DNA of 21,692 nt from a virus (lineage: Duplodnaviria > Heunggongvirae > Uroviricota > Caudoviricetes), in IMG/VR virus record IMGVR_UViG_2541047885_000001. One strand, given 5' to 3'. This document shows, piece by piece, positions 6,596 to 16,305 of the stretch. A program made the position numbers and the translations under genes. The notes beneath the pieces are model-generated. The model was not told the DNA's origin, ran no database searches, and saw only the letters and a program-made list of their open reading frames with translations. Position 1 is the stretch's first letter. Every line of letters begins with the position of its first letter.

Positions 6596-9312
6596 TATTT
6601 AGATCCCCACGAAAAGTAATCTTTAAATTTGTCCATACGTTCGTTATGCAGGCGCTGATACTGCTCATCCAGAGCGCGATGCTTGTCTTTGAAGTTTCGT
6701 ATAGCCTGTCCACGCATAATTTCTTCCTGCTCGTACTGCTCCCGTTCCTGCTGCATTTTCTTATAAGGTTCCCAATCTTCTAGTGATGGTTCCCAACGCA
6801 TAGGACGCCCATGTTTGTTATAAAACGGCTGGACCCGATCGATGCCATTTTCATCCTTAGTTCTTACCATAATGGCGTAATCACCATTACGGGGTGTTAA
6901 CACGTCAGGGGTTATGAATAATTCGCCATTAATACGACTCTCAGGGGTTTTTGTCTCAACTACAGGAGCATTACCTGACGTGATCCCAAGCAACGTCGGA
7001 CTGGTTGTTATAATCTCTTTGCGCTCACCGTACATCAGCCGTTCTTTTTCAGCTTTCCACTGCGCCGCCTGCCAGCCTGACGGCCCATATTGATAAAGCG
7101 CCTCCGGTGCATATTTCATAAACTGCGCTTCTCCGTTGACCTCGCTGATACTCCAGGTGCGGGCTATCTGCTGGTTGGTCATTTGCTTCGCTACGTCAGC
7201 GTTACCACCAGCAACGCGGTAGTTAATGTCATACAGCGTCTGATAGTCATTACGGAATCTAGCTGCTTCCGGCGTCTGGTCATCCGCAGACGGATCCCAA
7301 CGGAACCACTGCGCCATATTGCTGACAGCAGAATTCATCGCCTTGCTGCGATCATTTTTGTACTCTTTTGAACTCTGCGTTGATGCCAATTGAGCTTTAA
7401 GAGCATCGGTCTGGTTGTATGTAAGGTTCTGCGCCTGCTCGATAGCCGCATCAGCAGACATGCCAGAATCAGTTAGTTGCTTAACAGTCAGATAAAAACC
7501 CTGCATATCCTTCGGCATATTTCCAATAGATGCATTGTCTGTTTCATATAACCGACTAAACAAATTCGCTGCATTTTTAACCACTTCCTGATTGCTGGAT
7601 CGGGATACTGCTGAAAGCTGCGTGATGACCTGCGAAGGCATTATGCCAGTCTGAGCCACAAGCCGAACAACCCCATCATGAGTGGAGACATCATTAATAC
7701 GAAAGTTCTGCGCCATTTCTGTGTAATCAGCAGCTTTCTGCATTGACTTGTTGCTTGGGTCTAATTTTTCACCTATTGTCAGCGCCTCATTGAATCTGCG
7801 TGAATCCCGTTGCGCCTGAATTGCTTCATTTGATCTCTGAAGCAATGCAGACAATTTTCCGTAAGCATCGAGTTTTAACGCATAGTGAGGATCGTTAACC
7901 TCAGGCTTCACTTTCTGCATTTCTTCTTGCTGCTGAGAAGGAGGTAAATACTGAATTGCCTGGAATATTCTCGCGTTATCAATCGCTATATCCAGTTGAT
8001 TGATTATTTTATCTGCATTTTTTCCATACCCCCTGATGATAGTCTCCTGAGCCGGTATATAATCTGGAACCTCACCGTTATATAGCTGGGCCATGGTGTT
8101 ATTAATAGCTGGCTCAAGCTGTTCTAATATTAACTTCCTTTGCTTTTCTATCTGACTATTAGCAAGGTTATCTATTTGATAAATAGTCAGCGGATCCATT
8201 CCAGTTTTATTTTTTCTATATCGGGAAAGCCACCCTTGTGTTTCTGATGGAAGATTTCGGATAAATTCTTCTTCTGATATTTCACCTTTACGTGGATCAC
8301 CGACTTTGGCGATCAGTTTATCCACGTTACCCATCCCCCAGTTATATGCTGCTCCGGTCAATATTTCGGAACCGTACTTACCATACAGTTGATTTACATA
8401 GTCACTGGCGAGCATTTCATGCTGTTGTTCGTCCGTAGGGTTGTATTCAACGCCACGTTTGGCCGCCAGTTCTTTCCCTGTGCCCGGCATTAACTGGTAT
8501 TTCCCCTGGGCCCTCTCTCCAGAAGATGTTTTCGGTCCTTCAAGAATACTACCATCAGGATTAAAATGACGATCACCTGATTCAACAAGGCGTATGGCAC
8601 GCATGTCCATGCCTCCAGAATCATTTTTCTGAAACTGACCATTTAACCATCCTTCCGGATTAGCAGCGGCATAATTCTTCGCCCGCATTTCTGTGGCACT
8701 GCGATCATCACTTTCTATTTCTTCCAGAATGCGTTCTTGTGACCATCCCCTGGCTGCTCCATATCTGGCAATGGCTACCATTCTGGAATTTCTGGCTAAA
8801 GTGGCAGTTTGCGGGTCATTCCAGGCATCCGCTTCATTTTGTATCCATAATTTTCTCGTTGCCTGATATTGCTCATCTTCATAGGCATTTGTCTGCCCTA
8901 TCTCATGTCTGAGAACTCCAGTACTGAACTGAATTTTCTGTGTTCTGGCTTGTTGCAAAAACATATTTCTTGCTGCTTCATCAGTCAATGAAGCAGCTAT
9001 TTCTTCCACATCCTGATCAAATCCAGATATGTACTCTTGCCCCTTACCAATCGCATTTTTGCCTTGTTGTGCATAAAAACCGGTTTGAGGGTTATAAAGA
9101 CGTTCATTGCTGCGCTGATTAAGCTGAAGTATGGCATCCTGAGACAATGCAACATTCGCTTTCTGCCTGGCTTCACCATATGCCACCGCATACTGATCTG
9201 CGACATTCGCCAGCACCTGACCTGCTTGAGGAACATCGAAGGTTTGAAAACCACCGGTTTGCACACCACGACTTTGCACCTGGCGTCCGGATGTAGTAGG
9301 AACAACAGGCAT
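6595..9312 (-). CDS. Internal virion protein with a lytic transglycosylase (SLT) domain (905 aa)
   Basis: Residues ~235-335 (about 8308..8610) carry an SLT-like signature: VESGDRHF, GKYQLMPGTG, AAYNWGMG. Position and size fit a T7 gp15/gp16-type core protein. Confidence 0.85.
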   Translation of the reverse strand: MPVVPTTSGRQVQSRGVQTGGFQTFDVPQAGQVLANVADQYAVAYGEARQKANVALSQDAILQLNQRSNERLYNPQTGFYAQQGKNAIGKGQEYISGFDQDVEEIAASLTDEAARNMFLQQARTQKIQFSTGVLRHEIGQTNAYEDEQYQATRKLWIQNEADAWNDPQTATLARNSRMVAIARYGAARGWSQERILEEIESDDRSATEMRAKNYAAANPEGWLNGQFQKNDSGGMDMRAIRLVESGDRHFNPDGSILEGPKTSSGERAQGKYQLMPGTGKELAAKRGVEYNPTDEQQHEMLASDYVNQLYGKYGSEILTGAAYNWGMGNVDKLIAKVGDPRKGEISEEEFIRNLPSETQGWLSRYRKNKTGMDPLTIYQIDNLANSQIEKQRKLILEQLEPAINNTMAQLYNGEVPDYIPAQETIIRGYGKNADKIINQLDIAIDNARIFQAIQYLPPSQQQEEMQKVKPEVNDPHYALKLDAYGKLSALLQRSNEAIQAQRDSRRFNEALTIGEKLDPSNKSMQKAADYTEMAQNFRINDVSTHDGVVRLVAQTGIMPSQVITQLSAVSRSSNQEVVKNAANLFSRLYETDNASIGNMPKDMQGFYLTVKQLTDSGMSADAAIEQAQNLTYNQTDALKAQLASTQSSKEYKNDRSKAMNSAVSNMAQWFRWDPSADDQTPEAARFRNDYQTLYDINYRVAGGNADVAKQMTNQQIARTWSISEVNGEAQFMKYAPEALYQYGPSGWQAAQWKAEKERLMYGERKEIITTSPTLLGITSGNAPVVETKTPESRINGELFITPDVLTPRNGDYAIMVRTKDENGIDRVQPFYNKHGRPMRWEPSLEDWEPYKKMQQEREQYEQEEIMRGQAIRNFKDKHRALDEQYQRLHNERMDKFKDYFSWGSK

Positions 9313-9878
9313 CAGTAACCTCCTATTTTGAATCGGGAGTCAGAATTCATAAAACCTGAGTTAGATAACATTGGCGTGTTTCCTTGCTTACTAATCGGAT
9401 TGATACTTCCGCCACCCAACTTATATGCACCGTATGCTTTTAGTGGTGCCGTTAACAAAGTGCTGGTCATCGATGATTTAGCAGCCGACTGAGCAGCAGC
9501 CCCCTGTGCCTGAGCATTCATTCCCTGAACCTGATACCCATATGCCTCACGCTGAGCATTATTCACTGTCGTTAACGCATCAAGAGTGCCGAACTGAGCA
9601 TTATCCGCAAAAACGTCAAGAGCTGTTCCGCTACTTAATTCCGCACCGGTAGCACCCATAGTAGCCGCCGCAGTGCCTGAGCGTTGACGCATTTCACGAC
9701 GACGCTGATCCGCTTCAATATTCCCACGATTGATTGAATCCTGTGCCTGAGCTTCAGCAATTTCAGCATTCCGATCAGCTATGGCTGACTGGTATTTTGC
9801 CTGCTTGCTCTGGCTGTACATTGACGCGGCTGTGGATGCCACTGTGACGGCAACCAAAGCGATGGCTGGGTTACACAT
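9312..9878 (-). CDS. Putative membrane-associated internal virion protein (188 aa, gp14-like by position)
   Basis: N-terminal hydrophobic segment (PAIALVAVTVASTAAS) then an Ala/Gln-rich region; start/stop overlaps with both neighbours. Confidence 0.7.
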   Translation of the reverse strand: MCNPAIALVAVTVASTAASMYSQSKQAKYQSAIADRNAEIAEAQAQDSINRGNIEADQRRREMRQRSGTAAATMGATGAELSSGTALDVFADNAQFGTLDALTTVNNAQREAYGYQVQGMNAQAQGAAAQSAAKSSMTSTLLTAPLKAYGAYKLGGGSINPISKQGNTPMLSNSGFMNSDSRFKIGGY

Positions 9879-10342
9879 TATTTTCTCTCCATGTGAAATC
9901 TGTGGAAATTAAGACCAAGAGCACCATAAGGCGCGGCTTCTTCAAGCCTGAATCCAAGCCAGTGCAGCCATGCTCTGGCAACATGGTTTCGCTCGTCGAC
10001 GTAGTTTTCCAGGCGCGGATAAACTGCCAGCATCTGCTGCAATACAGGGCGGCAGTGGCGAAGAAATGTCTTCTGATATTTTTCAATACGGCTGGTTCCT
10101 ACCAGCCAGGGCGTACCATTGCCACCGATCATTGACGCCGGAGATACGCCAAACATGGTTACCAGTTCTCCGTTCGCAAATCCTGACCAGGCCATAGTCG
10201 CAGTACGCAGACCAACACGCAGCGCATCTTCGGTAGTCATCAGTGATACCGCATACAGTTCGTCAATATCAGCCTGACGAACATCCGGCAAAATCATCTG
10301 AAGATGCTCTTCGGTAGCGGGAATAATTTGAACATCGATCAT
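9878..10342 (-). CDS. Putative internal virion protein (154 aa, gp13-like by position)
   Basis: ORF coupled to both neighbours by overlapping start/stop codons; sits between the tail tubular B homologue and the core proteins. Confidence 0.65.
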   Translation of the reverse strand: MIDVQIIPATEEHLQMILPDVRQADIDELYAVSLMTTEDALRVGLRTATMAWSGFANGELVTMFGVSPASMIGGNGTPWLVGTSRIEKYQKTFLRHCRPVLQQMLAVYPRLENYVDERNHVARAWLHWLGFRLEEAAPYGALGLNFHRFHMERK

Positions 10343-12813
10343 CAGAACCCACCAACAGTAAGGCGAGGAATAACGGCAAGAACAGACAGCGGCAACGGGT
10401 CAAGCTGACGGATTTTTACACGTCCGTTTTTGCCCCAGTTACTGTCCAGTTTCACTTCTACTTTTCCGGTAGCGTCATCAACAGGATTATCGTAGAACTC
10501 GAATTCACGCTGTGGATATTCGTACCATTTACCGCCGGGCGTAGTCGCCCAGATGCCGCGACTGGCATTCACAACCAGAGTAACGGACGGGATCACCTGT
10601 TTTTTGTCCAGCAGCGTTTCCTGTCCGTTAATGTTGATATCCAGTGTTTCGAATTCAGCAGTTATTGGCAGGCCGATGTGCACAACAGCCCCAGGTGATT
10701 CCAGCGTGACGGCACCTCCGGAAACCACTTTCTGTGGTTCCACGTTCGCATCAGAGAGAATGTTTACGGTCTGGCCTTCAAGATGAGACAGGCCTCCAAA
10801 TGTCCGGCGCGCCATCTGCCAGTTCGTGGTGGCCACATTCCTGAGGGATGGCGGGACGTTCCTGTTAGCACGAACCACTACAGCGGTATTGCTGGTTACA
10901 GAAATAATGTCGCAACGTAATTCTTTTGACACCTCATCGCCAGTATCAGGATCAGTTCCGGTATAAGGGAACTGTAGTTGCGCGCCAACATCACTACTGG
11001 TGAAGTACGCACCACCAGAAACACTGATTGTATATTCCGCGCGGTAATCCCATTCGCCAGAACCACCAGTGATGATCATCGTTCTGTCAGACGTATTTCT
11101 TCCATCATAGCTAAGGCCAGAATCAACAAAGAAAGCATCTTCATCGCTGGTAAATAAACGGCTGGACAGTCGCTCGATGTATCTCACTGTTTGCCCGTTA
11201 ACGGTTCGGTTAACGACGAAATACACCGCATCTTCATTGCCTTCGCTGATACTGCATGTGCTTTCATATTTTCCGGTACTGGATTGTGGTGCCCATGCAA
11301 AAACCTGCTGATCACGCAAATAGGTCATCACCAGTAATTTACCGTCATCACGAATGCAAAAGGCACTGGAGTAAGGGACAATCGAGAAGCACCAGTCAAC
11401 AATGCTGTGCTTCTGAAAAAGATGATTGGCAAGGATGGTCAGGTCGTTCCCCTGATAGCCGTCAACATCAAATGAGTAGGCCAGATCACGGACAACGCTG
11501 CCTTTCTCCTGGACGAACAGAGCAATATTCGCCACGGCAATTGGCGGGACGTTGCTTGAGCCATTTGATCCCTGAGAGCTGAATGCGAATGATGATGGGG
11601 TAAGCACTTTGTTCTGGTCGCCGGTGATGACGTACTCACCTCCGGAAGTCAGCGCCACCAGCGAACCGACATCAATCAGGTGGCGGATCTCATTAACCTG
11701 ACGCCCGGCATAGGTGTAGATAATTCTGTCGTCATCCTGCGTAGGATTGCTTTTGCCAAAATCCTTATAATCCCCGGTACGGCTGGCCCAGATAGTCTGA
11801 GGAAACGCAGTCGATGCGGCGAAGTAAAGACGTTGTTGATAATAAACAACAGTGCCAGGATAACCATTAACACTGTTCCAGGCATATTTAGCCCATTTAT
11901 AGCTGGCATTATCCTCGCCAACTACCTGCGAAGGGATATAGGAAATCACCTCGGCAGTTGCAGTAGTTCCATTTGCAGCAGAGATACGGGCAATGCCAAA
12001 ACCACTGTGCAGATACTCCCACTCAATGCCGGTATCATCATCACCGGATCCGCCCCAGCCATCCCATGATGTGCCTTCTGTATGCGAAGGGCGCAAAGTG
12101 CCTGTTTTGCCTACTGTAACGGCGCGATAGTAGTTACTGTCTGCACGGCGAATATCGCCAATTGACGTACTCTTACTGGTTTCCCATACCGGCACAGAAT
12201 CCACTGCAGGCTGTTCCAGATAGAACAATTTGCCTACCTGCTCCGCGCCAAAAATAGAGGCGCTTGCCGTTAACGTAATTGTCCCGGTGCTGGCGCTGGC
12301 ATAAACCGTCACTGACTCGTCAATATTGATATCTTCAAATGGTCCGTTCTTCGTTACCACATCAACCAGTTGCCAGTTGTCATGCGCATAGCGACGCAAC
12401 TCTTTCGGCGGGTATGCCGGATGAACAAGCGTAAGCACGTCGGCGCTTTGCGTGAATTTAATTCGGAACAGATCGGCTTCAGTATATGGCGTGGAAATTT
12501 CATAAATAACATTGCTGCTGTTCAGCACCAACGCACCATCTTTGATAACGCGCATGTACTGGTGTCCGAACTCCAGAGCATAAGTCTGAACCGTCGAGAA
12601 CTGGAACGGGATCAGGCGGCATTTCCGATTTGGGTATTTGGCGGCACCGACAAAACGCGTACCAGGTCGATTCTCAACTCCGCCATACTGCCGCACGATA
12701 AAGTTATCGCACTTGCGCAATGCCACCTGGTACTTCGCCATGTCAATACGACCGTACAACGACGGTCCAATCTCACCACCGGCAAAGCTGGGCTGGATCC
12801 AACTGATAGCCAT
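10342..12813 (-). CDS. Tail tubular protein B-like (nozzle), 823 aa
   Basis: Size and position match T7 gp12 (794 aa); N-terminal region shows gp12-like pattern; follows the gp11-like gene. Confidence 0.75.
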   Translation of the reverse strand: MAISWIQPSFAGGEIGPSLYGRIDMAKYQVALRKCDNFIVRQYGGVENRPGTRFVGAAKYPNRKCRLIPFQFSTVQTYALEFGHQYMRVIKDGALVLNSSNVIYEISTPYTEADLFRIKFTQSADVLTLVHPAYPPKELRRYAHDNWQLVDVVTKNGPFEDINIDESVTVYASASTGTITLTASASIFGAEQVGKLFYLEQPAVDSVPVWETSKSTSIGDIRRADSNYYRAVTVGKTGTLRPSHTEGTSWDGWGGSGDDDTGIEWEYLHSGFGIARISAANGTTATAEVISYIPSQVVGEDNASYKWAKYAWNSVNGYPGTVVYYQQRLYFAASTAFPQTIWASRTGDYKDFGKSNPTQDDDRIIYTYAGRQVNEIRHLIDVGSLVALTSGGEYVITGDQNKVLTPSSFAFSSQGSNGSSNVPPIAVANIALFVQEKGSVVRDLAYSFDVDGYQGNDLTILANHLFQKHSIVDWCFSIVPYSSAFCIRDDGKLLVMTYLRDQQVFAWAPQSSTGKYESTCSISEGNEDAVYFVVNRTVNGQTVRYIERLSSRLFTSDEDAFFVDSGLSYDGRNTSDRTMIITGGSGEWDYRAEYTISVSGGAYFTSSDVGAQLQFPYTGTDPDTGDEVSKELRCDIISVTSNTAVVVRANRNVPPSLRNVATTNWQMARRTFGGLSHLEGQTVNILSDANVEPQKVVSGGAVTLESPGAVVHIGLPITAEFETLDININGQETLLDKKQVIPSVTLVVNASRGIWATTPGGKWYEYPQREFEFYDNPVDDATGKVEVKLDSNWGKNGRVKIRQLDPLPLSVLAVIPRLTVGGF

Positions 12814-13418
12814 CAGGACAACCTCGCAATGGTAAACTCGTCAACCGGTGGCAGTGGTTCCTGTGATTCATTCTGGCTATGCGAGCCAGCACTAAGAATC
12901 ACGCGATTGTACATATTGAGGGCAAACGTACCGAGGTCTGCATTCCCAGTCAGCGCCATGTTAATAGCTGCCGCAAGACGCCAGGCCAACGCCTCCATAA
13001 AAATGGCATCAAACATGTTCACATCTGTAACGCGAGATACATACTTGAGCCATGCCTGCGGCTGGTCTGTGTAGATCAACTTTCCTGTTCCGTTGGTGTC
13101 TGCACCAACTTCGTACTGAACGCGCATTGCTGCTGTTGGATTGCGTACACCAGGAAGCATAATTTCAGTAATGCGCAGACAATCGGACGGGTACTGGTAC
13201 GCATATTCCCAGTCAGGCGGTGGATTGCTCGTATCTGCAAGCGCCACGCGTTTGGTAGCAAAGTTCCAGTCAAAATCAGAAAGCACAGCATCACGGCAGG
13301 CCTCAAAGTGCAGCGAACATTCCCCCGCTTCCTTGCTGGCTTCCGTCAGGCTGTTAATACTGCGGCTGTTGCCAATATTGGACAGCGCACGATTGCAGAT
13401 CTCTACTACAGAGGCCAT
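12813..13418 (-). CDS. Tail tubular protein A-like (adaptor), 201 aa
   Basis: Size matches T7 gp11 (196 aa); N-terminus (VVEICNRALSNIGNSRSINSLTE) resembles the gp11 N-terminus as I recall it. Confidence 0.7.
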   Translation of the reverse strand: MASVVEICNRALSNIGNSRSINSLTEASKEAGECSLHFEACRDAVLSDFDWNFATKRVALADTSNPPPDWEYAYQYPSDCLRITEIMLPGVRNPTAAMRVQYEVGADTNGTGKLIYTDQPQAWLKYVSRVTDVNMFDAIFMEALAWRLAAAINMALTGNADLGTFALNMYNRVILSAGSHSQNESQEPLPPVDEFTIARLS

Positions 13419-13474
13419 AAGTTTCTATACTCCTGCAATAAAGGGGCCGAAGCCCCTTGTCTGATTCGCGAGGC

Positions 13475-13819
13475 TTACACGCCCAGTTCTTTACGCTTAT
13501 CTGCGATCTTCTCGCGTAGCGTTTCGGCTTTGGCGTTATGGTGTGGCTTCTCGTTAAAGAGCAATTCGTACTCTTCACGGAGCTTATCCAGTTCACCATC
13601 ATCTGACACATCGTTGATGATTTTGGTGCTGGTTGCTGCCATTGACACCTTTCCTGCAACTTTTGCTTTTGCCTGTCTGGCTGCATCGTTAACAGGTTCC
13701 AGTGCGCTACCAGGCTCACCTTCGTATTCGATTTCTGCCCCCTCCGGCCACAGAGTGTTATGGATATGAGAGAGGCGCAGAACGCGGTATCTTGGTTTCT
13801 CACCTGACATCGATATCAC
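13475..13819 (-). CDS. Small virion-associated protein (114 aa), possibly head completion or staple
   Basis: ORF between the capsid-adjacent gene and tail tubular A; charged, helical C-terminus. Confidence 0.6.
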   Translation of the reverse strand: MISMSGEKPRYRVLRLSHIHNTLWPEGAEIEYEGEPGSALEPVNDAARQAKAKVAGKVSMAATSTKIINDVSDDGELDKLREEYELLFNEKPHHNAKAETLREKIADKRKELGV

Positions 13820-13820
13820 C

Positions 13821-14258
13821 TTAACCAGTTACTTTTGAGCGGATCGGGTACGGCGTATTGGCATCAACATCCAGACTGATACCCGCAGTGAATTTGCCAG
13901 CCGTTAGTGGGCCAGTTGCGACGGAGTAGTTAACACGCAGATATCGCTGAACACCGGCAGGCACCTTTGCAGAAACAACTCGTTTACCTGCTGTCAGGGC
14001 GGTCTTTGCCAGTGCGCCACTATCATAAATAGTGGTCCATGAGCTGTTATTCTCACTCGTCTGCAACTGGATGTTTACAGTTGCATCACCGCTTGCCGCG
14101 GCGGCTGTGTTAACCAGCGCCCAAAACTCAAGCGGGTAACCCACGCCGATATCACGACGTTTTCCGTCAATTGGACCGAGATCGATTACGTCAGTAGAAG
14201 CCGCGGTATTCGTAACCGCCTGAGCTTCGGAGAACATCAACAGTTTGTCGGTGATCAT
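13821..14258 (-). CDS. Putative capsid decoration / head-associated protein (145 aa)
   Basis: Directly downstream of the major capsid gene; Ala/Thr/Val/Gly-rich, beta-strand-like composition. Confidence 0.6.
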   Translation of the reverse strand: MITDKLLMFSEAQAVTNTAASTDVIDLGPIDGKRRDIGVGYPLEFWALVNTAAAASGDATVNIQLQTSENNSSWTTIYDSGALAKTALTAGKRVVSAKVPAGVQRYLRVNYSVATGPLTAGKFTAGISLDVDANTPYPIRSKVTG

Positions 14259-14309
14259 CTTCTTTCTCCATTAGTGGGTCTGTTACGACCCACAGGTTAA
14301 TAACAGGCG

Positions 14310-15302
14310 TTACACCACGCGGGCTTCTGTTTCCAGAAGCGCATCAGTTTCACGGATTGGTACACCACGGAATGAAGTCCACCACTCGCCTTCTGTCTCT
14401 TTTACGCTGATAGCCAGAGATGTTTTCTCCAGAGACTGCAGATCAAGAGCCTGGCCTACAGTGCGGTTCATGTAGAACACCGGGCGGCCCATGCCAAGGT
14501 TTGGAATGCGATGTAGTGCTTTAACCATCAACTTCGCAATATTTGCGGCAGAGGATGGTTCTGAAATATTGCTGACATCGATGTTTGCAATGCGAACAAC
14601 ATAACGCCAGTCACGCAGAGCAAGTCCGTTATCCCATTTGTAATGGGTGCGATAGCCTTCGTACTTGCCGCCATTAGCATCTTCCAGTGTCACCTGGCCT
14701 TTATCTTCCATCTGGATGCCAGCCTTCTGCCCTTTCGGGAAGATGCCATGCACGGTGTTTTCGCCCCACACCACTAACCAGATTGAGGTGTTATCTGTAC
14801 CCGTGCCACCAGCATCAATGATGTTCTGAGCATTACCCGCAGACAGGCTGGAATAGCGGGAGGACAGTCCCATAAACTGCTGAGGGTTAACGCTGGAATC
14901 ACCATAAAACAGCGTCTGCGCCATCTGCTGATTCATCGCTTCAATAAATGCGCGGTCTTCAGAAAGGCGGAATTCGGCGGTATTGCCGTTCAGATCAGCC
15001 AGTGACTTATCGACTTCAGCATAGGTTTCCAGCATGCCCACGGAATCGGTTACCTGCACTGTGGTTGATTTGCTTGGCTGTACGCCATAGTTCAGCAAAC
15101 GCCAGGTAGCTGAAGGTAAACCAGAACGAATGGTGGTTCGGTGTCCGGTAGGAAGGTTCCCTTCGACAAAAGGCATATCCTGAAGGATCGGGTTAGTTTG
15201 ACCGAGGAGCTCGATAATCTTATCGACTTTCCCGTTTGGATCGACGCGCTTACCCCAGTCAGCCAGCGTTAGCGCAGTTAAGCCTTTAACAGCCATTGTC
15301 AT
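14310..15302 (-). CDS. Major capsid protein (330 aa; more likely start is the ATG at 15296)
   Basis: Follows the scaffold gene; size and composition typical of HK97-fold coat proteins of T7/epsilon15-like podoviruses. GAGG sits 8 nt upstream of the second ATG. Confidence 0.85.
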   Translation of the reverse strand: MTMAVKGLTALTLADWGKRVDPNGKVDKIIELLGQTNPILQDMPFVEGNLPTGHRTTIRSGLPSATWRLLNYGVQPSKSTTVQVTDSVGMLETYAEVDKSLADLNGNTAEFRLSEDRAFIEAMNQQMAQTLFYGDSSVNPQQFMGLSSRYSSLSAGNAQNIIDAGGTGTDNTSIWLVVWGENTVHGIFPKGQKAGIQMEDKGQVTLEDANGGKYEGYRTHYKWDNGLALRDWRYVVRIANIDVSNISEPSSAANIAKLMVKALHRIPNLGMGRPVFYMNRTVGQALDLQSLEKTSLAISVKETEGEWWTSFRGVPIRETDALLETEARVV

Positions 15303-15310
15303 TTCCTCTC

Positions 15311-16006
15311 TTATTTGCCATAGAGCACTTCGGCCGCACTACGCTGGCCTTCATTACCACCGGTGACCATGCCATCTTCAGACATCGCCTTTCCGATTTT
15401 CACGAACGTTTTGACCAGATCAGGGTGATTACCCAGCCCGGTGGTGTTCAGATATTCTTTGAGTTCAGGTGTCCCGAACTGGTCAAGCGCACGCTGTGCG
15501 GCGCTAAGGTTAGAAATCAACTTGTCGCCACCGATTTCTTTGTCGGCTTTTACATCCGCAGCCCACTGCTCGGTTGTTTTCTGCCAGGCTTCTGCCTGGC
15601 GCTGCTGAACACCTGCCAGAATCTTCGGATAAGCATCAACCAGCTTTTGCGCTTGCTCGTTGGTCAGGTTTAGTTCTCGCGCCACCGGCTCGAATTCCTT
15701 CAACGCTTCTGTATCCAGCTCTACGCCTTCGGCAGCCTGAAACTCGTACTTTTCAGGCGCACCCTCTGGTTTATCGCCGTCCTTTTTTTCACCCTGCTTA
15801 TCGTTTTCAGGCTTTTTGTTATCAGCAGGTTTATCGCCATCAGCAACAGGTTGTGGCTTATCACCTTCCTGTTGTGATGGATCACCAACTGGAGCAGGGT
15901 TATCACCTGCAGGCGCTGACGGTTCTGACGCAGCCGGAGCTGCTCCACCATCGACTGGTTGCTCATTGCAAAGACGGCGATACAGCAAACGCTCAAATAA
16001 ATTCAT
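15311..16006 (-). CDS. Scaffolding protein (231 aa from ATG 16006; the ORF track starts at GTG 16012)
   Basis: Acidic, Pro/Ala/Asp/Lys-rich low-complexity N-terminal half and helical C-terminal half; lies between portal and capsid genes. AGGAG 6 nt upstream of ATG 16006. Confidence 0.8.
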   Translation of the reverse strand: MNLFERLLYRRLCNEQPVDGGAAPAASEPSAPAGDNPAPVGDPSQQEGDKPQPVADGDKPADNKKPENDKQGEKKDGDKPEGAPEKYEFQAAEGVELDTEALKEFEPVARELNLTNEQAQKLVDAYPKILAGVQQRQAEAWQKTTEQWAADVKADKEIGGDKLISNLSAAQRALDQFGTPELKEYLNTTGLGNHPDLVKTFVKIGKAMSEDGMVTGGNEGQRSAAEVLYGK

Positions 16007-16008
16007 GA

Positions 16009-16305
16009 TCACTCCTGTTCACTGGCCTCTTTGGCCATCTTCAAATACTGTTCAGGGCAATGCGCCATAACGCGCTGAAACAGTTCCAGCGCCAGATTGC
16101 GTTGCCCCTCATTAAATGCCATTGCCATAGCGTCCATCGGTGAGATAGCGGAAAACACACGGCCTTTCTCCAGCACCGACCAGACAACGCGACGCCCCTG
16201 TTCACTGCTCATGACAAAGCAAATGTCATCAATTTCACGCTGTGCCATGTCACGTTGCTTACGGGCGTTTTCTTCTTTCAGTTGATCGTCTTCGTAATCT
16301 GTCAT
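16009..16305 (-). CDS. Hypothetical small protein (98 aa) between portal and scaffold
   Basis: ATGA overlap with the portal stop (16302..16305); its stop is 2 nt before the scaffold ATG. Confidence 0.6.
   Translation of the reverse strand: MTDYEDDQLKEENARKQRDMAQREIDDICFVMSSEQGRRVVWSVLEKGRVFSAISPMDAMAMAFNEGQRNLALELFQRVMAHCPEQYLKMAKEASEQE

Noticed and set aside
12370-13769. Long plus-strand ORFs (12370..13074, 12879..13769) opposite the tail tubular genes
   Set aside because: Antisense shadows of high-GC coding sequence; Cys/Arg/Ser-rich translations and no translational signals.
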